The notes: generated from the sequence alone by a model not told the origin. DNA of 29,021 nucleotides from Acaryochloris thomasi RCC1774 (GCF_003231495.1 NZ_PQWO01000037.1:1-29021); one strand, 5' to 3'. Shown: positions 17,239 through 26,647, counted from the stretch's first letter. A program made the numbers and translations.

Positions 17239-19764
17239 ATGAAATATATTAGATTAACACCTCTTTTCCTTAATGCTTTTTTCATTAGTCTAAATGCCTC
17301 CAGTTTGGCTAAGGCTCAGGTTGTTCCTTCTGGACCATCATCAACAGTTGTCGATGTTCAGGGAAACTCAAAGGGTAGGAGGTATATCATAGATGGAGGG
17401 AAAAATTCAGGAAGCAATCTATTTCATTTTTTTGATAAATTCAATCTTAACGAAGAACAGCAGGCCGTATTTAGGAACAGTCGTAATATTAATACTATTT
17501 TTAGTATTGTTACAGGGAATACTTCTTCGAGTATTAATGGAGGTATCACTGCTAATGGTAAGGCAGATATATCCTTTTTCAATCCTAATGGTATCTTGCT
17601 CGATCGTCGTGCGATGCTGGATATTGGTGGAGACTTTCTAGCATCCACAGCAAACAAGCTTTTATTCACTGATGGTGAAAGCTTGTCGATTGAAGACCCT
17701 GTGCAGTCTAATGTGTTACTCAATCTTAGCTCAGGTGACTTAGCGAAGCTTCAGTTTCTCGGCACCTCCGGTGGCATTGTCATTAATGGTACTGGCCATG
17801 AACTTGAACAGCAGACACCTACGAGTCCAGCTACTGGTCTAGGAGATGTCGATTCAGGCTTGTCTGTTTTACCAGGACAGACTATTTCATTGTTCGCAAA
17901 TGGTATTGAATTAAGTGGGGGTAAAATTGTTGCTCCTGCTGCGACTATTTTGTTAATTAGTATTCAGCAAGGCCAAATTCCAGCTGATGGATTTGGCCCC
18001 TCGCGTAATATATCGTTCTCTGGAGAAGATAAAAAAAATATATATGCTCCAATTGTATTGGATGAGTCATCCTTGATTGATACTTCTGGATCCTCTAGAA
18101 GCTTTGTCTCAATTAAGGCGGGAAACTTACAGATTCTGGGAAATTCATTTATATATAATAGTTATACTGGGAGCGGAAGTGGTGGTACTTTGAGATTTGA
18201 TGTTTCTGGTGATTTTTTAATTGATGCTTCAAGCTTTGATGCAAACTTAAATCAATCTGCGGTTCCGGTTGAGTTTGGTGCTGGGATTATTTCTGACGCT
18301 ATTAGTGGCCGCGGTGCCGATATTGAAGTATATGCAGGTAATTTATCTATTCTTCAGGGAGCGTCTATACAGACCTTTGCAAGGAATTCTGCCTTGGGAG
18401 GTAGGTCAAGATATGATATTCAGGAAGATGTATTAATTCAAGGGGACTCTCTAATTAATCCCTTGTCTAATTCTTCTGTAATTGGATCTTCTAGCTTTGA
18501 TTCAGCGTCTGCCGGTAGCATCGAACTTAGTGCAAATAATTTATTTATTCGTGACTCTGGAATACTTTCGGCTCTGAATTTATCTAGTAATTCAAACGAG
18601 CCTGTTACAATCATTGTTGCCGATACTACTCAAATTGATGGATTGTCACCCACTTCATCTATTGGTAGTTTTCTTATCTCTTCTTCTTTGTCTACAGGAA
18701 GCTCGGCTGATATTAATCTAAGTACTAAACGCCTAAATATCTTTGATGGTGCCGTGATTGCATCTACTACTTTTGGTGCTGGTTCGGGGGGGGATTTGAA
18801 TATTAATGCTCAAGAAAGTTTATCTGTATCAGGTTTTAGGATAGATCCTTTCGATGGAACTAGATTTGATTCAGCTATTGTTGCATCTGCTTCTGCGTTA
18901 CCAGGATTTATTGCGGATCCTTTGAATTTGCCATCTCCACCTACTGGTGATGCAGGGATCGTAGATATTACTTCGCCCTCGATTAGTTTAGATAATTTTG
19001 GTACAGTGAGTTCCTTTAATCAAGGCTCTGGTTTGGGTGGAGATATATTTATTAATTCTGATGCTTTTATCTCGAATAAAGGGCGCGTTACGGCTATAGC
19101 TGCTAATGATAATGGAGGTAACATTAATTTAAGCATTGATGGCCCACTGATTCTGTCGAATCAGAGTCAGTTTACAGCTTCATCTTTGGGGGCTGGTTCA
19201 GGTGGTAATATTAGGATCCAGTCAGACTTAATTACGCTTTCAAACAGCGACATTCTCGCAAATGCAGAACAGGGGACTGGTGGGCAAATCACTATATCAA
19301 CTCAAGGACTTTTCCCTGATAATCAGAGCCGTATTTCAGCAACTTCTGATTTTGGTGTTGACGGTCAAGTTGAAATTGATGTTGAGAATAGGCCCGTCCT
19401 TGTAGATCAAGTTGAAATTCAACAGCCAAGAACTAACACTGTCAATCTAGCGTGTTCACCTGGTTCTTCTAGTGGTCAGTCATCTTTCTCAATGCAAAGC
19501 TCTGGCGGGCTTGCTGCTCAGCCAGGAAACTTCTCTCAGACGCTACCTATTGCTTCGAAGAAAGCTGCAGAGCCACAGTTGTCGTTGTCTGCCCCGTTTA
19601 TCGTTGATGAAGAGTCGGGTAAGAAAGTATTTTTGGTTGAGCCGTCTGGTTTTCATAGGCGATCTGACGGTACTCTAGCTTTTGTTGTTGAAGCACAGGT
19701 GTCCGAAGAGCGAAGTGTTCTGGTTAGTTCATCATGTTTGCCATCTTCGGCCTCAAATTCATGA
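17239..19764 (+). CDS. exported filamentous-hemagglutinin-type protein with an N-terminal TPS (two-partner secretion) domain and a beta-helix repeat body
   Basis: 841 aa. Signal peptide MKYIRLTPLFLNAFFISLNASSLAKAQ. TPS signature NLFHFFDKFNLNEEQQAVFRN..INTIFSIVTGNTSSSINGGITANGKADISFFNPNGILL. Recurrent beta-helix units: GSGSGGTLRFDV, GAGSGGDLNINA, GSGLGGDIFINS, GAGSGGNIRIQS. Confidence 0.9.
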   Translation: MKYIRLTPLFLNAFFISLNASSLAKAQVVPSGPSSTVVDVQGNSKGRRYIIDGGKNSGSNLFHFFDKFNLNEEQQAVFRNSRNINTIFSIVTGNTSSSINGGITANGKADISFFNPNGILLDRRAMLDIGGDFLASTANKLLFTDGESLSIEDPVQSNVLLNLSSGDLAKLQFLGTSGGIVINGTGHELEQQTPTSPATGLGDVDSGLSVLPGQTISLFANGIELSGGKIVAPAATILLISIQQGQIPADGFGPSRNISFSGEDKKNIYAPIVLDESSLIDTSGSSRSFVSIKAGNLQILGNSFIYNSYTGSGSGGTLRFDVSGDFLIDASSFDANLNQSAVPVEFGAGIISDAISGRGADIEVYAGNLSILQGASIQTFARNSALGGRSRYDIQEDVLIQGDSLINPLSNSSVIGSSSFDSASAGSIELSANNLFIRDSGILSALNLSSNSNEPVTIIVADTTQIDGLSPTSSIGSFLISSSLSTGSSADINLSTKRLNIFDGAVIASTTFGAGSGGDLNINAQESLSVSGFRIDPFDGTRFDSAIVASASALPGFIADPLNLPSPPTGDAGIVDITSPSISLDNFGTVSSFNQGSGLGGDIFINSDAFISNKGRVTAIAANDNGGNINLSIDGPLILSNQSQFTASSLGAGSGGNIRIQSDLITLSNSDILANAEQGTGGQITISTQGLFPDNQSRISATSDFGVDGQVEIDVENRPVLVDQVEIQQPRTNTVNLACSPGSSSGQSSFSMQSSGGLAAQPGNFSQTLPIASKKAAEPQLSLSAPFIVDEESGKKVFLVEPSGFHRRSDGTLAFVVEAQVSEERSVLVSSSCLPSSASNS

Positions 19765-22229
19765 CTAGACTAAATGTGTTGCTGTGCGCTGCTTTATCAC
19801 TTGCTTTGACAGCACAACAGGCTTTTTGTCAGCCTGCTCAGTCTGCAGCTCCTCAAGCGCTCTATGAATCTGCTTTAAGTCGTCTTGGGCAAGGCTACCC
19901 CTGGCAAGCCTCTCTTTTGCTGAACGAAGCTTTAGCCAAGTACTCCTCAATGGGAGATCGCTCAGGGGTTCTGCGGACGCGCATTGCACAGAGTGAGTTG
20001 CACCATTCACTTGGACAAAATCTGAAAGCCTGCAAGACAATGATCGCAGCACTTAATTTCAGCGTAGTGGAGATTTGTTCTACTGGCTTATCAGGAAATA
20101 AAACTCACGCGGATGCTTTCAATGCAGATTTACTGGCTCTCACTTCAGAACGGTTGCATACAAGAGCATTGACAAATCTTGGTTTTTACTTGTCTGCACT
20201 GGGTAATTTAGAGGCATCGGGGCGGGCTATTCAACGAGCTGAGGAGATGCTTGAATCACCTCAAGATGACTCTGACTCTGAGTTGCTACTAGTATTTGCT
20301 AAAGCTAATCTAGAAAAGTTTTTCTTTCTCCGGAATCAAAACCGCGCAGCAAGGGATGATAGCCCATTGCAGCAAAAACAACTTCAGAGAGAATCAGCGC
20401 AATATGCTCAGGTTGCTCTGTCCCTTTATGAGAGGCTTGCACGTACTTCAGATCCCAGCATTTCTCTTAAAGCTAGGCTGAGCTGGGTCGAGTTGTATTC
20501 AGCTATAGGTACCTGGAGTCGAAGTGTTAGTCAAAGCTCTCCACTTTTAAGTCTTCAGCGTCGAAAACGAGAGACTTACACAAGTATTTCGTCCTCTTTG
20601 AGCCATTCATCCTTTGACGATTTACCTAGAAGCGAAGCGATCTATGGAAGAATACGATGGGCTGAGTTGCAGCTAGAGAATCATAGTTCGCCCGTTGCAT
20701 TGCAGTCGATCTATGCTCTAGCAAAAGACTCTCTTCAGGATTCTAGAGAGCTAGAGAATATAAGAGGTCAATCTTTTGCGCTTGGTCTTTTGGGGCAGAT
20801 TTATGAGCGCAGTGATCAGCCATCTGAAGCTCAATCTTTTTTTCGCAGTGCCATCAACCAAGCTCAGTCTATTAATGCTTGGGATAGCGTATACCGATGG
20901 CAGTGGATGATGGCTAAAAGTCTAGCTGCCGATGGTCAACGCGATGAAGCTCTGGCTCACTATCGCATGTCTGTGCAGTCCCTGGAGCATGTTCGTAATG
21001 ACTTGTTAGCGGTCGATTCAGAGTTACAGTTTTCTTTTGCTTCGGAAGTCGCGCCAGTCTATCGGGAGTATATGCATCTACTTCTCGATAGTGTTGAAGT
21101 TAATAGTGTTGAGCCTGCATTGGAGGTATATAGCCAACTGCAAACTGCTGAGCTAGAAAATTACCTGCGCTGCGGTCGCTTGAGCAATATTTCCATTGCT
21201 TCTATCAAAGATGCGCCTTCTACCGTCTACATTCTTGATTTAGGAGATCGTTATGAGGTTATCTTACGCAAAAAGGATGGGACTTATGTTCGACATCAGC
21301 CTGAGGCTCAAGTGGTTCGAGCAAGTGTTACTGACCTACAAAACTACCAGGACACCATACAGACCTCACGATTTGACAGCAACGTCAATGCGTCGCTGTA
21401 TCTGAATACTAGGATTCTGTATGAGCAGCTATTCGAGCCATTGGAAGAGCATCTATCAGAAGGCTCTACTGTCAATTTTGTATTGGATTCAAGCTTGCAG
21501 GGTGTTCCAATCGCCTTACTGAATCGAGGTCAAGATTTCCTGATCGATGCCTATGCCCCTGCGACAATTCTTCAAGATCATCTTCTTCCTCCTCGACAAC
21601 TAGATGCTGATTCTCTGAAGGTGCTCATAGCCGGTATCTCTAGTAAAAGTCCTAGTATGAAGTCGTCAGCGGATCCCAGTTTGAAGCCACTGCCGGAGGT
21701 GCAGGTCGAGGTGACGCAGATTGCCTCCATTGCTAATAAATCGGTGTCTTTGCTCGACGAGCAGTTCACACTTGAAAAGTTGGATCAATCGCTTGGGAGT
21801 TATCCGGTTGTGCATATTGCCTCTCACGGCCAGTTCAGCTCTAATCCAAAGCAAAATTTCATCTATGCGTGGGACTCGACGCTCGGTGGGCAATACTTTC
21901 AGTCGGCATTGGAACGACAAGACCTATCGCAAAACTCAATTGAGTTGCTAGTCCTCAGTGCCTGTCAGACGGCCAAAGGCGATCCCCAGTCCTCGTTGGG
22001 ACTGGCTGGTCTATCCGTCAGGGCGGGCGCTCGAAGTACCGTGGCTTCCCTTTGGAAGGTCGATAGTGGAGCAACTACACTATTAATGAATCTTTTCTAC
22101 GACGGTCTACGGGAAGGGCTGTCGAAAGCCGAAGCACTTCAGCAGGCACAGCAGGGAATTAAGCGGCTTCCACGGTATAGCCACCCTTATTACTGGGCCG
22201 GATTTATTTTGGTTGGTAGCTGGCTGTAA
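19761..22229 (+). CDS. exported TPR-like/CHAT-domain (caspase-fold) protease
   Basis: The ORF track starts at 19734. The ATG at 19761 overlaps the upstream TGA as ATGA (translational coupling) and gives the signal peptide MTRLNVLLCAALSLALTAQQAFC. The C-terminal CHAT domain carries a His/Cys dyad (VVHIASHGQF, LVLSACQTAKGD) and the ending HPYYWAGFILVGSWL. Confidence 0.9.
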   Translation: MTRLNVLLCAALSLALTAQQAFCQPAQSAAPQALYESALSRLGQGYPWQASLLLNEALAKYSSMGDRSGVLRTRIAQSELHHSLGQNLKACKTMIAALNFSVVEICSTGLSGNKTHADAFNADLLALTSERLHTRALTNLGFYLSALGNLEASGRAIQRAEEMLESPQDDSDSELLLVFAKANLEKFFFLRNQNRAARDDSPLQQKQLQRESAQYAQVALSLYERLARTSDPSISLKARLSWVELYSAIGTWSRSVSQSSPLLSLQRRKRETYTSISSSLSHSSFDDLPRSEAIYGRIRWAELQLENHSSPVALQSIYALAKDSLQDSRELENIRGQSFALGLLGQIYERSDQPSEAQSFFRSAINQAQSINAWDSVYRWQWMMAKSLAADGQRDEALAHYRMSVQSLEHVRNDLLAVDSELQFSFASEVAPVYREYMHLLLDSVEVNSVEPALEVYSQLQTAELENYLRCGRLSNISIASIKDAPSTVYILDLGDRYEVILRKKDGTYVRHQPEAQVVRASVTDLQNYQDTIQTSRFDSNVNASLYLNTRILYEQLFEPLEEHLSEGSTVNFVLDSSLQGVPIALLNRGQDFLIDAYAPATILQDHLLPPRQLDADSLKVLIAGISSKSPSMKSSADPSLKPLPEVQVEVTQIASIANKSVSLLDEQFTLEKLDQSLGSYPVVHIASHGQFSSNPKQNFIYAWDSTLGGQYFQSALERQDLSQNSIELLVLSACQTAKGDPQSSLGLAGLSVRAGARSTVASLWKVDSGATTLLMNLFYDGLREGLSKAEALQQAQQGIKRLPRYSHPYYWAGFILVGSWL

Positions 22230-23106
22230 TCTTGTCGGCATTGCGAGAAAACAGCATCTTTCCTAGCTTAGGAAAGCCTGCGTCTTGGTATCGTTGAGAC
22301 AGTAATTGTTTTACTCTTCTATTAGCCCCTTGCTTCACGGCAAGCTCCAGACTTTCAATCGATTCGTTAAGAAGGTTGTGTGACATATATAGCCGGTCTC
22401 GTTTTATTGCTGTTTCCGACAGCGAAAGCCCTAATGTTTCTAACTGCTGATTAGCCGATCTGATTCGACTTGCTTCATCAGGAGCTACGACGGAATAACT
22501 TGCTGCGACAAAACTGATTTCCTTATCTTCGGAGATTGCCAGCACCGTTGTCTTGTATATTCTTCCAGGTGTCAGAGGAGGCGCAGATGCCGGATACTCT
22601 AGCGCCGTTCCCTTGACAGTTGACTGCCATTTGAAATTGTGACCACTGACTACGATTTCGTAGGTTGATGCGTTTGGAACTGGCTCCCACTCAAAGCGTG
22701 GCAGACGGCCTAATAAGGTATTCCCGAAGGGCCGCTGTAGCCTTCCTGCAGCCTGCTGGCTTCCTCTGGTATTTAGCTTTGCTCCCTCTCTATCTGTGCT
22801 CCACTTCTGTATATCTTCTCGTTGAGCCGGTTCACACAAGCTTGAGACTTGCCCTCTGGCGTTATAGATAATGCGACCAGTGCCATTGCAAGAAATCGTC
22901 ACGAGACGATTGTTGATAGGTGTGATGATGTCTGTCTTGCAAAGCAGAGTGCCCTTTTCGTGGACTGAATCGCCTGTCGTTAGTACTTCTGCAACTGCCG
23001 TGGAGTGTCTACATTGAGCTAAAGACTTTGGTGCTTCGATAGCTTGAGCTAGTAAAATCACAGCGGTAATTGTTCCCCCGCTAATGCAAGTCACCTTTGA
23101 ATTCAT
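22204..23106 (-). CDS. secreted protein, DUF928-like (tentative)
   Basis: 300 aa. Signal-peptide-like N-terminus. Core LPRFEWEPVPNASTYEIVVSG..LEYPASAPPLTPGRIYKTTV and a later helix RDRLYMSHNLLNESIESLE recall the DUF928 pattern often found next to cyanobacterial CHAT genes (from memory, not searched). The start ATG overlaps the kinase stop codon as ATGA. Confidence 0.55.
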   Translation of the reverse strand: MNSKVTCISGGTITAVILLAQAIEAPKSLAQCRHSTAVAEVLTTGDSVHEKGTLLCKTDIITPINNRLVTISCNGTGRIIYNARGQVSSLCEPAQREDIQKWSTDREGAKLNTRGSQQAAGRLQRPFGNTLLGRLPRFEWEPVPNASTYEIVVSGHNFKWQSTVKGTALEYPASAPPLTPGRIYKTTVLAISEDKEISFVAASYSVVAPDEASRIRSANQQLETLGLSLSETAIKRDRLYMSHNLLNESIESLELAVKQGANRRVKQLLSQRYQDAGFPKLGKMLFSRNADKITASYQPK

Positions 23107-24914
23107 GTTGCCAAAATCGCAATTTTTGCTGATGGTAGTATATCAGAATCTATCTTGGCGTTAAGTTGATCAATGTACTCTAGCTTCCACTCAACGCCTT
23201 CTGGTGTATCGCTATCGAACAGTAAACAGGCACGATAGGTTTCTTTGTCAAAGTTATTTAGCTTCTTTTGCACCTTGAGGAGTAAACAGTGGGCATCTGC
23301 GGGGGAAACAACTCTTTTTCGATATCTTTCCAGTAATTCTGATTGAATGCTAATGGAATTTTCCAGATAGATCTGCGCTGCTTCGAAATTCTTTAGCTGG
23401 AGTTCTGCCCAGCCCATGTTCTTGAAGACGGAACTCATTTCAAGCGGATCTATTTGTTGCTCCATTAGCGGCATCAATCGCTTTCTTGCGTCTGGTGCTT
23501 TACCCTCCAATAGATCTAATCTTGCTAAGTTGTTAATGGGGTAGGCTTCTTTCCCTTTACTTTCCTTTATCGATAGCTCGTAATACTGCCGGGCTTCTGA
23601 GAATTTGCTTCCCTCATCGTATACGCGGCCAATATTTGCGTAGTTTAGCCATCTTGATTCTGGAGGCCCTTTTTCAAAAGACTTTTGGTAATTCTCACGC
23701 GCACATGCAAAATCCTGTGATTGAAAGCAAGTCGTGGCTATGAAATTATATGCGAGGTGATTATCGGGATTGATTTTAATTGCTAAATCAAATTTATTCT
23801 GTGCGCTTTCGTATCTGAACTCCTTTAAATACCGCTCTCCTTCTTTCACGAGTGCTTCAGACCACTTTAGTTGTCCTATACGCACCCCAGTGCCAGCGGA
23901 AACTATCGCCAGTATTACTATCAGTAATCTTGCCCACTTAGATCCGAAGTAACGATGTCTTTCTCTAGCTTTTGGTACCGACTGGGTGAGATCGTGAATT
24001 AAGTCCTCTGTGTTTGTGGGCCGTTTTCGAGGGTTGCGCTCTAAAAGTTTGTCGATATAGTCGGCCAGTGTCTGTGATATTTGAGGGGCTTTATCTCGCC
24101 AGATCAGTTTTGCTGTTTCATCCTCTTCTGGTAGGTACATTGGATGAATGCCAGTCACCATGTGAACAATAGTTCTCCCGAGTGCAAAGAAGTCAGAGCT
24201 TGCGATCGCCCGCCCCTTTATCTGCTCTGGTGGTGCATAGCCGTGAGTGTAAATCCTGGTGATTTCAAAGTCTGTGCTATCTGTTCCCATCTCGCTGAGG
24301 TCTATGCTCAGTTTTGATAAATAGGTGTTGGTTATTTCTCGAATCGCCCCATAGTCGATGAGGACTAGTTCACCCGTTGCTTTGAGCAATATATTGTCAG
24401 GCTTTAGGTCTCGATGGATAACACCTATTGAATGCAAGATATGTAAGATTTGAGCCAGTTGTTGTAGCCAATTAAGTGCGACTTCATCTGAGATGGGCTG
24501 GTGTTCGCGGAGCCAATCGAGTAAGGTCTGTCCTTCAACATACTCCATGACCATGCAATGTAGGGTGTCCCCCTGCGGGGTCACTACCTCAAAGTAGTTG
24601 TCAAATTCTGCTTTAGGAATGCCTGGGTGGGCCAATATGGGTAAGACTCTAGACTCTCGTTGCAGTAACTCAATGTTTTTGAAGGTTCCAAACCTGCTGA
24701 TTTCCCACACCGCTTTCAATACTTTTTTGCAGTCAGGTTTCGAGAGATCGTCGCTCAAAAATACTTGTGAGTGCTCTCTTGGCTGTCCAGTCTCTAATGG
24801 TGCGATTAACCGAAAGCGTTCATTCAGGATTAGTGAAGTACCACAGCTTTCACACGTATCAAGTGTGTCGCTATTCGTTCTCGCAAGACATTTGGGATTG
24901 ATGCAATAAGTCAA
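23103..24914 (-). CDS. membrane Ser/Thr protein kinase with N-terminal 4-Cys zinc ribbon and C-terminal TPR region
   Basis: 603 aa. CINPKC..CESCG zinc ribbon. Kinase motifs VLKAV, HRDLKPDNILL, IDYG and YAPPEQ. One hydrophobic span, LLIVILAIVSAGTGV, followed by TPR-like repeats. Confidence 0.9.
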   Translation of the reverse strand: MTYCINPKCLARTNSDTLDTCESCGTSLILNERFRLIAPLETGQPREHSQVFLSDDLSKPDCKKVLKAVWEISRFGTFKNIELLQRESRVLPILAHPGIPKAEFDNYFEVVTPQGDTLHCMVMEYVEGQTLLDWLREHQPISDEVALNWLQQLAQILHILHSIGVIHRDLKPDNILLKATGELVLIDYGAIREITNTYLSKLSIDLSEMGTDSTDFEITRIYTHGYAPPEQIKGRAIASSDFFALGRTIVHMVTGIHPMYLPEEDETAKLIWRDKAPQISQTLADYIDKLLERNPRKRPTNTEDLIHDLTQSVPKARERHRYFGSKWARLLIVILAIVSAGTGVRIGQLKWSEALVKEGERYLKEFRYESAQNKFDLAIKINPDNHLAYNFIATTCFQSQDFACARENYQKSFEKGPPESRWLNYANIGRVYDEGSKFSEARQYYELSIKESKGKEAYPINNLARLDLLEGKAPDARKRLMPLMEQQIDPLEMSSVFKNMGWAELQLKNFEAAQIYLENSISIQSELLERYRKRVVSPADAHCLLLKVQKKLNNFDKETYRACLLFDSDTPEGVEWKLEYIDQLNAKIDSDILPSAKIAILAT

Positions 24915-24926
24915 GGCATTGAAACC

Positions 24927-26306
24927 TTATGCGGTCAAAGGTATCGAGTCACTTTGGCTGACTGTCGATTTTGCGTTTAGCATAACGAGTTTTTTTACGA
25001 TTTTGCTGATAGACAGTTGAAAAGGCTGATCCGATGATTTATTGATCAACGATCTGCTCTCCAATCTGGTGACTGCGGTCATCAGATCTGATCTTGAGTG
25101 GTTGCTAAAGATGCCGCACAGCTCTTTGAAGTCAATGGATTTTGGACTCATCTTAGCTAAGTTTGCAAGCACGTCTTGTTCTAGATAGCTAGATCGGCAG
25201 ATTTGATCAAGGAGTGTTTCTGTAAATGGATCATCAACGCGAATGGTATTGAGTTCCAAGAACTCAGAGGCATCTCCTCCAAAAAAATCATTGATTTTTT
25301 CAGCCACCTCCAATAGGGCATATGGATTTCCTTGATAGTCTGCGATGAGTTGCTTCCAGACTGATTCATTTTTAAGGCCAGTGTGCTTTAGCAGCTCAAT
25401 GGCATCTTTCCCTAGCCCCTCTATCTTGAATGACCGTGCTGCGAACCCATTGTTCTGTAGGGATTTCACTTCACGAATCGGCTCCTGACTGCAAAATATG
25501 AAGCAGCTTCTGTGTTGTTCCTCAATGATTCTGTGGACGAAGGAACGATATTCGGTGTGATGTCCCCAGGGATTGCTTCGGCTTGCCTCTTTCATTAATG
25601 CCTCTACCGAGTCAAAGACAATCAGCAATCTATGCTTGCGCAAGCATTGCAATAAATCATTCGTAAGTTGCGGAATATCCTTGTCAGATACTGTTATGCC
25701 AAATAGGGAGACTAATTCGGCTAGAAGTTCTGTCAGTGATGGTCCGTAGTTAAGCGACTTCCAGATGCAGGCTTCAAACTTAAATTGCTCAGGTAATTTA
25801 GGGCACATTTGGCTAACTTTGGATGCCAGGGCACTTTTTCCTATCCCAGGTGCGCCGATCAAGCTGATACATTGATTTTCCTTGATCGCGGCTGAAAGCA
25901 TCGCTATTTCTGGACCACGACCCACGAAGGAATTGACGCTTGGTGGTTGCCCTATGAGAACGGAGAATCCATCTGATTTATCAAATCTGTATTCAGTGCT
26001 GTTTTCATCCGACTTCGATGCCGAGTCCTGAATAATCTTTTCTTCAATCAGCTTTCTGTATGTATGCTTGGTAACCTCCTTAACATTCAACGCAACTGCC
26101 AGCCTTAGCCATAGCCTACGACCAACGCAAGTGCGTAAGTGATCAGCGTCTACATCGTCGAGCTTCTCTGCAATTTGCTTAAAGGTTTCCTTTTGCCATG
26201 TACCCCTGAGGACAGCTTTCTCATCCTCGTTCAGAGGTGTATCGCCACTGTCGAATAGATACGTGTTGGTTAGCTGTAGAGCATCTTTAATATCAACAGG
26301 AGCCAT
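24927..26306 (-). CDS. STAND-class P-loop NTPase (NB-ARC-like) with N-terminal HTH-like module and no repeat sensor domain
   Basis: 459 aa. FVGRGPEIAMLS..ISLIGAPGIGKSALA (Walker A), RLLIVFDSVE (Walker B), YQGNPYALLEVAEKI (the GxP/ARC-like motif). The N-terminus LNEDEKAVLRGTWQKETFKQIAEKL resembles the HTH module preceding many cyanobacterial NB-ARC/WD40 proteins. It lies 12 nt upstream of the kinase gene. Confidence 0.85.
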   Translation of the reverse strand: MAPVDIKDALQLTNTYLFDSGDTPLNEDEKAVLRGTWQKETFKQIAEKLDDVDADHLRTCVGRRLWLRLAVALNVKEVTKHTYRKLIEEKIIQDSASKSDENSTEYRFDKSDGFSVLIGQPPSVNSFVGRGPEIAMLSAAIKENQCISLIGAPGIGKSALASKVSQMCPKLPEQFKFEACIWKSLNYGPSLTELLAELVSLFGITVSDKDIPQLTNDLLQCLRKHRLLIVFDSVEALMKEASRSNPWGHHTEYRSFVHRIIEEQHRSCFIFCSQEPIREVKSLQNNGFAARSFKIEGLGKDAIELLKHTGLKNESVWKQLIADYQGNPYALLEVAEKINDFFGGDASEFLELNTIRVDDPFTETLLDQICRSSYLEQDVLANLAKMSPKSIDFKELCGIFSNHSRSDLMTAVTRLESRSLINKSSDQPFQLSISKIVKKLVMLNAKSTVSQSDSIPLTA

Positions 26307-26647
26307 GATTCGCGCTAGTTGTTTAAGAAATGTGCGGCATGTGTTGTTTCTTTCTCACATACTGGCATATGATGTCGCCAGGGACAATCAGGTTCTACAA
26401 ACTGCCTCTACTATTTTTGCTAGGGAGGATATTTTGAACTAAATAAAAGCGGAATTCTAGGTTTCGTCTTTATCGTCTGGATGATTGGAGTTATCCGAAA
26501 GGCCGATGTCCACGGTCTCTGAGATGACTCGCTCGTTGGTCCATCGAACGAAGATCTCACCTTTCATTGCCACGATGATTGATTCAAAGGTTTTTGTATT
26601 GGTTTTGCTTGGCTCAGCTAGAGCCTATGTTTTGTTTTGGCTGTAGC

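Noticed and set aside
26457-26567. 36-aa minus-strand ORF (MKGEIFVRWTNERVISETVDIGLSDNSNHPDDKDET) downstream of the RHH gene, considered as a toxin/antitoxin partner
   Set aside because: It has no Shine-Dalgarno-like sequence, no recognisable family, and a size compatible with chance. It is noted only as something to check in Ribo-seq data.
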